A DNA stretch of 32,000 nt from Opitutia bacterium KCR 482 (GCA_029269845.2 CP149973.1:300001-332000); one strand, 5' to 3'; shown: positions 1 through 7,900, counted from the first letter of the stretch. The notes: generated from the letters alone by a model not told the origin. Made by a program: numbers and translations.

Positions 1-785
1 TTATCCAGCCCACGAGCCGTCCCACAAACGACAGCTTCATGGAATTGCTCATCATGATTGACGCCGCCCGCAGGGCTTCGGCAAAGCGCATCACGGCGGT
101 TCTGCCCTTCTTCGGCTACGCCCGTCAGGACAGAAAAGACCAGCCGCGCGTTCCGATTACCGCAAAGCTTGTCGCAAACCTCCTGGTCGCAGCGGGCGCA
201 AACCGCGTGCTTACGCTCGACCTCCACGCCAACCAGATTCAGGGCTTCTTCGATATTCCCTGCGACCACCTCTACGCGTCGCCGGTCATCTACGAATATC
301 TGAAAAACCAGCCCGCAGACAACCTCACGATTTTCGCGCCCGACGTCGGCGGACTGAAACGCGCGCAGGCATACGCAACGCTTTTCAACTGCCAGCTCGG
401 ATTCATCGCAAAGCGCAGAATCAGCGCGGAAGTTGTCGAGGCGACAAGCCTTGTCGGCGAAGTCGAAGGCCGCGACATTCTGATTGTTGACGACATGACG
501 GAAACCGCGGGCACGCTTACCGCCGCCGCGAAAATCCTCAAAGACAAGGGCGCAAAAACAGTCAGAGCAGCAGTCACACACGCAGTGCTTACCGACAGCG
601 CGTACGACAGACTTTCGGAAAAGTGGCTCGACGAACTCATTATTACAGACTCCACCCCGCCAGACCCGCGCTATGCCGACTACCCCATCACGGTACTCAG
701 CGTCGCGAACCTGCTCACGGAGGCGATTCTGCGAATCCACAACAATATGTCGGTCACATCGCTCTTCAAAGTCAAGGGCTTCTAA
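1..785 (+). CDS. prs: ribose-phosphate pyrophosphokinase (PRPP synthetase); N-terminus lies upstream of the window
   Basis: The frame is open from base 3 (IQPTSRPTNDSF precedes the listed Met). Motifs LIMIDAARRASA, RITAVLPFFGYARQDRK and ILIVDDMTETAGT (PRPP-binding loop) are present. Stop at 783-785. Confidence 0.95.
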   Translation, partial: IQPTSRPTNDSFMELLIMIDAARRASAKRITAVLPFFGYARQDRKDQPRVPITAKLVANLLVAAGANRVLTLDLHANQIQGFFDIPCDHLYASPVIYEYLKNQPADNLTIFAPDVGGLKRAQAYATLFNCQLGFIAKRRISAEVVEATSLVGEVEGRDILIVDDMTETAGTLTAAAKILKDKGAKTVRAAVTHAVLTDSAYDRLSEKWLDELIITDSTPPDPRYADYPITVLSVANLLTEAILRIHNNMSVTSLFKVKGF

Positions 786-810
786 GCGGAAGACAGCTTG
801 CAAAACAGAA

Positions 811-841
811 AACGCCGTCGAATTTCGACGGCGTTTTTTTG
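811..841 (+). terminator. intrinsic terminator after prs
   Basis: Perfect inverted repeat acgccgtcgaa / ttcgacggcgt (812-834) followed by a T7 run (835-841). Confidence 0.8.
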
Positions 842-958
842 CCGGAGGAGACAATTACGGCGGAGAAAAATCGCCCTCCTATGCGCGAAGTTTTCAGTGA
901 AAAAATAGACAAAAAAGCGGGCGCCTGTGGCGTCCGTTTCGAGGCGGGGTTGTTGCAG

Positions 959-1930
959 CTATGAGTTTGCGACGCTGTCGTAAAAGTCGGCAAGGCTTGG
1001 GCGCGGCTGCGTTTTGCCGTACTCCATAGCCGCCGACGGGTGTTTGCCGAAAAGCCCCGTCGCCATGTACGCGTGGTCGAAGCCCCACGAGTATTTTCCG
1101 CGCAGGGGTTCGATGAAGTTTTGCGCGCACTCCAAAATCGGGCGCATGTCAAGGCGTTTCAAATATCCCGCCAAAAGCTCCGTTCGACAGTTGCCCGCGC
1201 CGCGCCCAAGCCCGCAGAGCGTGCAGTCTACGATGTCCGCGCCGTTTTCGACCGCCTCAATCGTGTTGGCGAAGGCAAGTTGCAGGTTGTTGTGAATGTG
1301 CACGCCTGCGCGCTTTTCCGTACAGATATATTTGCACTTTGCGAGAATGTAGCGCAGGCGGTGTCCGTCAAGACCGCCGAAGCTGTCCATCATGTAGACA
1401 ATGTCGGCGCGGCTTTCGGCGGCGGCTTCGAACGACAGGTTCAGCTCGCGCTCGGAAAGCGTCGAAGTCGCCATGATGTTCACGCTCGTTTCGTAGCCGA
1501 GGTCGGCTGCGTATTTTACGATGTCGAGGGCTGCGGGCAAGTCTTTCGCGTATGTTGCAACCCTTATCAAATCGACGGGGCTGTCCGATTTTTTCGGCAG
1601 CTTCGGCTCGCATTTGCCGACGTCGAACATTGCAGCGATTTTAATCGGGCGCGGATTGTCGCCCACGATTTTCTTTACGGAATCCTCGTCGCAGAACCGC
1701 CACTTTCCGTATTTTTCGGGGTCGAAAAACTTGCGGCCGTTCTTGTAGCCGATTTCCATGTAGTCTATGCCGGCGTCGGCGCAGGCGTCGTAGACGGCGC
1801 GAACGGTTTTGTCGTCGAAGCGGCTGTTTGTGATTGCTCCGCCGTCGCGGATTGTGCAGTCGAGCACGGCGACCCCCTCGTTCGGGAATGTGCGTTCCGC
1901 CTCGATTTTCTTTTTGTCGAACGTTTCCAT
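959..1930 (-). CDS. HMGL-like / DRE-TIM metallolyase (pyruvate carboxyltransferase-type aldolase family) protein, paralog A; substrate unknown
   Basis: ATG start, 323 aa. N-terminal VLDCTIRDGG resembles DmpG/LeuA-type D-x-T-L-R-D-G. Metal-ligand HIHNN (H-x-H), then GLGRGAGN. Overall layout resembles 4-hydroxy-2-oxovalerate aldolase. Confidence 0.8.
   Translation of the reverse strand: METFDKKKIEAERTFPNEGVAVLDCTIRDGGAITNSRFDDKTVRAVYDACADAGIDYMEIGYKNGRKFFDPEKYGKWRFCDEDSVKKIVGDNPRPIKIAAMFDVGKCEPKLPKKSDSPVDLIRVATYAKDLPAALDIVKYAADLGYETSVNIMATSTLSERELNLSFEAAAESRADIVYMMDSFGGLDGHRLRYILAKCKYICTEKRAGVHIHNNLQLAFANTIEAVENGADIVDCTLCGLGRGAGNCRTELLAGYLKRLDMRPILECAQNFIEPLRGKYSWGFDHAYMATGLFGKHPSAAMEYGKTQPRPSLADFYDSVANS
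1742..1826. repeat. near-identical tract shared with 2781-2865 (paralog A copy)
   Basis: 82 of 85 nt match, including a 57-nt perfect run ccggcgtcggcgcaggcgtcgtagacggcgcgaacggttttgtcgtcgaagcggctg. It encodes SRFDDKTVRAVYDACADAGIDYMEIGYKN. Confidence 0.9.
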
Positions 1931-1933
1931 TTC

Positions 1934-1964
1934 AAAAAAAAGCCGCGCGCACGCGGCGCACGGC
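1934..1964 (-). terminator. hairpin + U8 between the two aldolase paralogs (minus strand)
   Basis: Minus-sense gccgtgcgc cgcgt gcgcgcggc, a 9-bp stem with one G-U that would be a C-A mismatch on the plus strand. It is followed by T8, which ends 3 nt before the ATG at 1930. Confidence 0.55.
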
Positions 1965-1982
1965 TTTTCCCCATTCCGCGTG

Positions 1983-2978
1983 TTATTTCATCATTTCGTC
2001 GTAGAAATTGACAATCTGTCCGCGCTTGTCGGACTCGTTGTATTCCATTGCGCTTTTCGGGTGGCGGTTGAGGAAACCCGTCGTCATGTACGGGTAGTCG
2101 AAGCCCCAGCCGAGCTTTGCGCGCATCGGCTCGATTTCCGTTTCGACGCATTCGAGCAGCGGGCGGATTCTATAACGCGGGTTGTGGAGGAAGCCCACGA
2201 GCAGTTCCAGCGGGCAGTTCCCCGCGCCGCGCCCGAGGCCTGCGAGCGTTCCGTCTACCATGTTCGCGCCGCAGACAATCGCCTCAATCGTGTTTGCGAA
2301 CGCGAGTTGCAGGTTGTTGTGGGCGTGAATGCCGATTTCCTTGCCGAATTCGTGTGCGATGCGCATGTATTTAGCCATCATGTAGCGGATTTGTTCGCTG
2401 TACAGCGAGCCGAAGCTGTCAACGAGGTAGATTGACTCAGCTTCGCTTTCGCCGAGCATTTCAAGACCTTCGTCGAGTTCGCTTTCGCGCACGGTCGAAA
2501 CCGCCATGATGTTGACGGTCGTTTCGTAGCCGAGATCGTGGCAATGTTTAATCATGTCGAGCGCGAGCGGAATTTGGTGAATGTAGGTCGCGATTCGAAC
2601 CATGTCGATGAGGCTTTCGGACTTTTGGGAGAGGTCGGTTTTGTAGTCGCTCTTTTCGGCGTCCGCCATGACGGAGATTTTGATGTCGCGCTTGTTGTCG
2701 CCGATTACGCGCTTGATTGACTCTTCCTTGCAGAAACGCCAGTCGCCGAATTCGGCGGGGGCGTAAATGCTGCTGCTGTTCTTGTATCCGATTTCCATGT
2801 AGTCGATACCGGCGTCGGCGCAGGCGTCGTAGACGGCGCGAACGGTTTTGTCGTCGAAGCGGCTGGCGTTCATAAGCCCGCCGTCTCTGATTGTGCAGTC
2901 GAGCACTTTTAACTCCTTCCTGAAACCGACCCATCTGCCTGACGATTTCGAGGAACTGTTCATTGATTTCTGATTCAT
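1983..2978 (-). CDS. HMGL-like / DRE-TIM metallolyase protein, paralog B; substrate unknown
   Basis: ATG start, 331 aa. Same motif set as paralog A: VLDCTIRDGG, IHAHNN, GLGRGAGN. Alignable to paralog A along its whole length. Confidence 0.8.
   Translation of the reverse strand: MNQKSMNSSSKSSGRWVGFRKELKVLDCTIRDGGLMNASRFDDKTVRAVYDACADAGIDYMEIGYKNSSSIYAPAEFGDWRFCKEESIKRVIGDNKRDIKISVMADAEKSDYKTDLSQKSESLIDMVRIATYIHQIPLALDMIKHCHDLGYETTVNIMAVSTVRESELDEGLEMLGESEAESIYLVDSFGSLYSEQIRYMMAKYMRIAHEFGKEIGIHAHNNLQLAFANTIEAIVCGANMVDGTLAGLGRGAGNCPLELLVGFLHNPRYRIRPLLECVETEIEPMRAKLGWGFDYPYMTTGFLNRHPKSAMEYNESDKRGQIVNFYDEMMK
2781..2865. repeat. near-identical tract shared with 1742-1826 (paralog B copy)
   Basis: Same alignment as 1742-1826. 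The rest of the two genes is visibly much more diverged at nucleotide level. Confidence 0.9.
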
Positions 2979-3027
2979 TGTCTTTCTTTCGTGTTAAAAA
3001 AATTTTTTTTTTGAAAATCGGGGAAAT

Positions 3028-3057
3028 AAAAAAACCCGACCGCCTTGGGCGTTCGGG
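3028..3057 (-). terminator. intrinsic terminator inside the carA / aldolase-B intergenic region (minus strand)
   Basis: Minus-sense cccgaacgcc caa ggcggtcggg, a 10-bp GC-rich stem with one A-G mismatch, followed by T7 (plus 3028-3034). It lies about 50 nt upstream of the ATG at 2978 and 170 nt downstream of the carA stop. Confidence 0.7.
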
Positions 3058-3194
3058 TTAAACTTTTCTGCATACAACAACGGTCAAGCCGCCTACCGAA
3101 CGCCTCTGTTTGGAAAGGTAAAGTAAAAGTAGTAGCTGAACCAACTGTTTTGCATATTGCCGCTGTATTAGATACCCATTTTTTCAAAAATCAA
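3058..3194 (-). promoter_or_regulatory. candidate structured leader (attenuator or riboswitch-like) or small RNA, class not recognised
   Basis: Minus-sense TTGATT (3194-3189), N17, CTAATA (3171-3166). GGCGTTCGG (3104-3096) is perfectly complementary to the 5' arm of the downstream terminator, giving an antiterminator option. A long-range helix is also possible between 3154-3135 and 3089-3069. Confidence 0.4.
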
Positions 3195-3227
3195 GTTTTT
3201 TTTGAAAAATTTTTCCGCGACGACGCC

Positions 3228-4388
3228 CTATTTTCCGAGCGTCTTTTTGACAAGCTCGTGGAAGTTTTCGAAGAGCGGGTCGGCATCGTTCGGCCCGGGA
3301 GCCGCTTCGGGGTGGTATTGCACCGAGAACACGGGATAGTCTTTCAGGCGCAGACCCTCTACGGTTTCGTCGTTGAGGTTGATTTCGGTTACGATGCCGC
3401 CCGCGTTTTCGATGGACTTTGCGTCCGCCGCAAAGCCGTGGTTTTGCGAAGTGATGGAGACAATCCCAGTTTCGAGATTCTTGACGGGCTGGTTGCCGCC
3501 GCGGTGTCCGAATTTGAGCTTGTACGTCTTTGCGCCGATTGCGTGCGTGATAATCTGGTGTCCCAGACAAATGCCGAACGTGGGATATTTCTTTATCAGG
3601 CGCGACACGCATTTGTGCGCGTATGAAACCGCGGAGGGGTCGCCGGGGCCGTTCGAGAGGAAGACCGCGTCGGGCGCAAATTCCTCAATCTGTTCGGCGG
3701 GCGCGTCGGCGGGGAAAATCGTCACGTCGAAGCCGTGGAACGCGAGCTTTTTGAAAATCGACGTTTTCGCGCCGTAGTCTATCGCCGCGCATTTGAAGAC
3801 GGGCGTTGTGCGCTCGAACTTGTAGAGGCTTGTGCCCTCGACCGTAAAGGGTTTGAGCATTTCGTCGGACCAGTCGAACTTGCAAGGAGTTTTGCGGCTT
3901 ACTTCGCGGACGTAGTCTACGCCGACAAGCCCAGCCCAGCCGCGGGCTTTTGCCACAGCCTCTTCCGCCGAGATTCCCTCGGTAGAAAGGCACGCCTTCA
4001 TTGCGCCGACGCTTCTGAGTTTTTTTGTAATCGCGCGGGTATCGACGCCGCTGATTGCGGGCACTCCGCCCTGTTCGAGGTATTCCTGAATGGTTTGCTC
4101 GGCGCGCCAGCTGCTTGAAACCGGGCTGACTTCGCGCACGACAAAGCCCCTGACCTTGATTCCGTCGGATTCTTCGTCCGCCTTGTTGACGCCGTAGTTT
4201 CCGATTTCGACGGCGGTCATTGTGACGATTTGCCCGAAATAGGACGGGTCGGTAAGAACCTCCTGATAGCCCGTCATGGAAGTGTTGAAGACCGCCTCGC
4301 CGACGACCGTTTTCTTTGCGCCGAATGCGCGGCCTTTGTATACGCTGCCGTCTTCGAGTGCCAAAATAGCTGTTTGGAAATCGCTCAT
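3228..4388 (-). CDS. carA: carbamoyl-phosphate synthase small (glutamine amidotransferase) subunit
   Basis: 386 aa. N-terminal LALEDGSVYKGRAFGA and FNTSMTGYQEVLTDPSY. GATase triad context GICLGHQ and VQYHPEA. No carB is adjacent. Confidence 0.95.
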   Translation of the reverse strand: MSDFQTAILALEDGSVYKGRAFGAKKTVVGEAVFNTSMTGYQEVLTDPSYFGQIVTMTAVEIGNYGVNKADEESDGIKVRGFVVREVSPVSSSWRAEQTIQEYLEQGGVPAISGVDTRAITKKLRSVGAMKACLSTEGISAEEAVAKARGWAGLVGVDYVREVSRKTPCKFDWSDEMLKPFTVEGTSLYKFERTTPVFKCAAIDYGAKTSIFKKLAFHGFDVTIFPADAPAEQIEEFAPDAVFLSNGPGDPSAVSYAHKCVSRLIKKYPTFGICLGHQIITHAIGAKTYKLKFGHRGGNQPVKNLETGIVSITSQNHGFAADAKSIENAGGIVTEINLNDETVEGLRLKDYPVFSVQYHPEAAPGPNDADPLFENFHELVKKTLGK

Positions 4389-4482
4389 AATATTTTTCGC
4401 GGTAATTGCATAGACTTTTAAAATTCTTGCAAGCCTTTAAATTTAAAAGCCCGATTTTAGACGGGCAAAAAGCCCGAAAACT

Positions 4483-5247
4483 TCAAAAAAGTTCCGCCTG
4501 CATTTCGGTTTTTTCGGACTCCGCGCGGAGTTTTTTGAGGAAGCTCGGCCTGTGAATGTCGGTCGCGCCGAAGAGCAGCAGGCTTTGCAGGTGCGCCGCG
4601 GTGCCGTAGCCCTTGTGGACGTCGAAGCCGAAGCGCGGGTATTTTGCGGATATGTCGCGCATGAATTTGTCGCGCGTGAATTTTGCGACAATCGACGCGG
4701 CCGCGACCGCCAAGCTCGACGCGTCGCCCTTGACTACCGCCGTATGCGCGTACGGAACTTTTTTCATCGGCTTTCCGTCGATTAGCAGGCACGCAATCGA
4801 CGTGTCGAGAGCCGCCTCCCCGAAGAGCGTCGCGGGCGAGGACGACTTGCGAAGCCCCAAATGCAGGCGTTCGTCGAGCTTTTCGGCGGCGCGGGTCATC
4901 GCCATTTGGGTGGCGGAAAGAATGTTGAATTTTTCGATTTCCGCGACGGAGGCGAACGCCGCCTCGAAGTCTATTTCGCCCGATTTTTTCAGCATGCAGA
5001 GCGTTGAATACAATTCCTCTCTGCGGGCTTCGGAAAGTTTTTTGGAGTCGTCGAGAAGCGCGAGCGCGTCCAAAAACGCGGGGTTTGCGTACGCCTTCGC
5101 GCTGACGGCAACCGCCCCCGCGCACACGGGACCCGCAAGACAGCCCCTGCCCGCTTCGTCGATTCCCACAAGCCAGCTGCGCCCCGAAATGTATTCGGAG
5201 TCGAACGCGGCGAGCGCGTTTATTGCCGAGTGTTTTTTTGAAGCCAT
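4483..5247 (-). CDS. rnhB: ribonuclease HII
   Basis: GIDEAGRGCLAGPV catalytic motif and DSKKLS. I chose the ATG at 5247 (MASKKHS), giving 254 aa, not the 5304 extension, whose Arg/Lys-rich stretch overlaps the rnhC 3' end. Confidence 0.9.
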   Translation of the reverse strand: MASKKHSAINALAAFDSEYISGRSWLVGIDEAGRGCLAGPVCAGAVAVSAKAYANPAFLDALALLDDSKKLSEARREELYSTLCMLKKSGEIDFEAAFASVAEIEKFNILSATQMAMTRAAEKLDERLHLGLRKSSSPATLFGEAALDTSIACLLIDGKPMKKVPYAHTAVVKGDASSLAVAAASIVAKFTRDKFMRDISAKYPRFGFDVHKGYGTAAHLQSLLLFGATDIHRPSFLKKLRAESEKTEMQAELF

Positions 5248-5248
5248 T

Positions 5249-6202
5249 TTATTTTTCCGCTTCCGAAATCGCCTCCGACGCGGTTTTGAAGTGCATTTTC
5301 GCAAAGCGTTTCAGATCCTCCGCGCCGAACTTTTTGACGATTTCAACCGCCTGTTTGCGGACGTCCGCGCTTGCGCCTTTTTTGAGTTTTATGCCGCATT
5401 CGTCGGAGAGTTTGCGCATTGCGTAGATGTAGGTTGCGCGCGCGATAATCGACGCCGCCGCGACGACGGGGTCTTCTTCCGCCTTTGTCCGCATTTTAAG
5501 CTCGAAGTCGGGAATGTCGAGCTGGCGTTGGACAAGCGGCTGTTTCGTGAACTGGTCGAGCATACCCCACGGCGCGTGCCTTTCGTTCAGGGCCGACGTA
5601 ATCGCCGTCGCGTGGAACCACGCCAAAAGCCTGTTGAGATTTCGCCCGAATTTTATGTAGAGGGCGTTGTATTTTTCCATGCCCGCGTAGGACACTTTCA
5701 CGGCGACGTTTTTTGTGGCCTTGATTTTCCGCGCCATGTTGAGAACCGCTTCGTCGCTCGAAACTTTTTTGGATTCGCGCAGGTCTGCGGCGACCCACTC
5801 GCGCACGGCGTCCCCGTCGGCGACAACGCACGCCGAAACGAGCGGCCCGAAGAGGTCGCCCTTGCCGCTTTCGTCTACGCCCGCGTGGAGCTCGTACCAT
5901 TCGGGGTGGAGGGCTTCGTCGTAGCCGAGCTGCGCAAAGCCCGTGATTTCGGGTTCGAGGACGAACTGGACGAAGTCTTCCGTGCCCTTGCCCTGAATCA
6001 CGACCTTCCCCGACGAATACGCCACAACGTTCACGTCGGGGCCCTTGTACGCGAACTTCGCGTAGTTGACCGAAAACGGCGCCCAGAGGTGCTTGTCGAG
6101 CCACGCATCGAGCTTTTCCGCCTGTTCGTCGGTAATCGAGACGGTGTGGAGGGTTTTCTTTTTGGGGGAGTCGTCGGTTGTCTTTTTGCGGTTTGGCTGC
6201 AT
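5249..6202 (-). CDS. rnhC: ribonuclease HIII
   Basis: GVDESGKGDLFGPLV (RNase HIII DESGKGD motif) after an N-terminal domain of about 90 aa, with C-terminal AASIIAR. The ORF-track start at 6253 is a TTG; the first ATG is at 6202 (MQPNRKK). The stop TAA at 5251-5249 is 1 nt from the rnhB ATG. Confidence 0.85.
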   Translation of the reverse strand: MQPNRKKTTDDSPKKKTLHTVSITDEQAEKLDAWLDKHLWAPFSVNYAKFAYKGPDVNVVAYSSGKVVIQGKGTEDFVQFVLEPEITGFAQLGYDEALHPEWYELHAGVDESGKGDLFGPLVSACVVADGDAVREWVAADLRESKKVSSDEAVLNMARKIKATKNVAVKVSYAGMEKYNALYIKFGRNLNRLLAWFHATAITSALNERHAPWGMLDQFTKQPLVQRQLDIPDFELKMRTKAEEDPVVAAASIIARATYIYAMRKLSDECGIKLKKGASADVRKQAVEIVKKFGAEDLKRFAKMHFKTASEAISEAEK

Positions 6203-6328
6203 TTTGAAAAAAATTTCTGCCGCAATATTTGCCGAATTTCGCGCGGGCTTCAAGACATTAATATTTAAAAGAGCTTGCAGTCGGGCGTTTAATTATATTG
6301 ACTGCGCGGAAAATCACGGAGGAATTTT

Positions 6329-7900
6329 ATGAGCAAATCAATAATGATAGTCATTTGCGACTTCCTGCTTCTGAGCCTTATAAGCCTTGCCAATTTCGAT
6401 TCGCCGCCGTCGGGCGCGGCTGCCGAACAGCTCGAATTGCAGGCGGCCGCCGAACAGCGCAACTTCGCCGATTCGCAAATGCTCGAACTTTTGAAAATGT
6501 CGCTCGACGCCGAACGCGACAGGCGCGAATCGCTCGATTCGGACGTGTCGAAACTCGCAAAGGCTGCGGAGGAAAACAAGTCGCTTGCGGAAAGCCGCAA
6601 GAAGTCGCTCGACGAGCGCGAGCGCGAGCTCGCAGAAATCGCAAAAGCCCGCGACGAACTCGCGAGGGCGAAAGCGGAACTTGAACGCGAACGCGCGGCA
6701 ATTCTCAAAAAAAGCGGCGAATTGCAGTCGCGCGCGGAGTCGAGCGAAAAGCGCAACGAAAAGCTCAAAAACGAAATCATAGCCGCGGGCGAAAAGCTCG
6801 AAAAATCCGCGCGCGAAAGAATAGACCTCGAACGCAGACTCGGCGACGTAAAACAGTCCGACTCCGCCGCAAGGCAGAAGCTCGAATCCGTCCAGCTAGA
6901 GCTCAAACAAAGCAGGGAAAATCTCGAAAGGCTCGCCGCCGAGGGCGATGCCCTCAAATCGGAAAACCGCGCCATCGAAGCCGAAAAGCAGGCTCTGGCA
7001 ACGCGCCTCGAAGTGGCGTCTGCAAAAGAGCAAATCTACCGCGAAAACATCAAACGCTACGAGACTCTTGTAAACATCGAAAAGAACGAAAAGGAGAAAA
7101 TCCGCGAACACGCCGAAACGCTCGCCGTCGGCGTCGGCGAGCTTGCCGCGCAGCAGGAAAAAATGACCCGAAGCGTCGGCGAACTCCGCCCCAAAACGTC
7201 GTCGGAAATTTTCGCCGGAATCAAGCCGCGCCTCGCCACCGCCACGTTAACCTACGTCGAAAGCGGCATTTTCGGCAAGAACCAGACTACTGTTTCGCGC
7301 AGGCTTGTGCCGATTGAAATGGGCGGCAAAATCTGGCTTGTGGCAAACTCGGAGGGCACGCCCTTTGCGCCGTTCTTGAAAAAGGACAGGCAGTATTCCG
7401 AGCCCGAATCCATGTCGGTTTCGGTGCGCGGAAAGAGCTTCGAATTCAAGCCCGATGCCGTTGTGTCGCTCGCGGAAGACCCGCGCCTGATTGCAATAGC
7501 CGTTCCCCGCGAATTTGTGGAAAAGGAGAAAATCGAGCCGCTCAAAATTCCAAAAAACACATTCGCGTTTCCCGACTGCGTCGTGGTGGACGCGCAGAAC
7601 TCGAAATACGGGCAGGTGCCGTTCCGCGCCGACTTCAAAAACGCGGACTACGCAAGGCTCGACGTCGGACTTATGCAGTCGGTCTTCGGCGAATTTTCGC
7701 CGTCGGCGGGCGACATCGCAATTTCGCGCAACGGCGATTTCGCGGGAATCGTGCTCGGCGGCGACCTCGCCGTTCTGCTCCGCGCCGCGACTCCCCTTAA
7801 AAGCGCGGGCGTTGGCGCTGCGTATTCGAAAAAATCTGCGCGAGAGCTTGTCGAAAACGCGTCGTCGCGCTTCGCAAAAATCCCCTACGGGCTGCGCTAA
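6329..7900 (+). CDS. membrane-anchored long coiled-coil protein with C-terminal globular domain; function unknown
   Basis: GGAGG lies 8 nt upstream of the ATG. N-terminal hydrophobic helix IMIVICDFLLLSLISLANF. About 270 aa of E/K/R/L/A-rich heptad-like sequence follows, then about 230 aa of non-repetitive sequence. Confidence 0.75.
   Translation: MSKSIMIVICDFLLLSLISLANFDSPPSGAAAEQLELQAAAEQRNFADSQMLELLKMSLDAERDRRESLDSDVSKLAKAAEENKSLAESRKKSLDERERELAEIAKARDELARAKAELERERAAILKKSGELQSRAESSEKRNEKLKNEIIAAGEKLEKSARERIDLERRLGDVKQSDSAARQKLESVQLELKQSRENLERLAAEGDALKSENRAIEAEKQALATRLEVASAKEQIYRENIKRYETLVNIEKNEKEKIREHAETLAVGVGELAAQQEKMTRSVGELRPKTSSEIFAGIKPRLATATLTYVESGIFGKNQTTVSRRLVPIEMGGKIWLVANSEGTPFAPFLKKDRQYSEPESMSVSVRGKSFEFKPDAVVSLAEDPRLIAIAVPREFVEKEKIEPLKIPKNTFAFPDCVVVDAQNSKYGQVPFRADFKNADYARLDVGLMQSVFGEFSPSAGDIAISRNGDFAGIVLGGDLAVLLRAATPLKSAGVGAAYSKKSARELVENASSRFAKIPYGLR

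Noticed and set aside
3120-3150. Resemblance of GGUUCAGCUACUAC to the preQ1-I riboswitch loop (GGUUCUAGCUACAC)
   Set aside because: There is no compatible P1 stem closing the loop and no A-rich tail in the right place. The downstream genes are unrelated to queuosine metabolism. Treated as chance similarity.
2975-3187. 70-aa minus-strand ORF covering the carA/aldolase intergenic leader
   Set aside because: It runs straight through the terminator hairpin and the poly-U tract and overlaps the aldolase start. The region is better explained as structured RNA.
4389-4482. Recurrent cTTGCAAg / TTGAC-like hexamers in several intergenic regions (4427, 6278, 7927, 9727, 12933, 23513, 30894) as a special regulatory motif
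   Set aside because: They are most simply ordinary sigma70-type -35 elements. The paired -10 elements are variable and I cannot show enrichment beyond that, so I kept only the clearest cases as low-confidence promoters.
4613-6268. 551-aa plus-strand ORF opposite rnhB and rnhC
   Set aside because: Same shadow-ORF explanation: it is codon-aligned with rnhC and has Arg/Phe/Ala-rich composition. The minus-strand genes carry unambiguous RNase HII and HIII catalytic motifs.
6289-6975. 228-aa Ser-rich minus-strand ORF opposite the coiled-coil gene
   Set aside because: It is the reverse complement of GAA/GAG/AAA/CGC-rich coiled-coil codons, which gives Ser/Phe/Leu runs. The sense gene has a good SD (GGAGG) and a coherent architecture.
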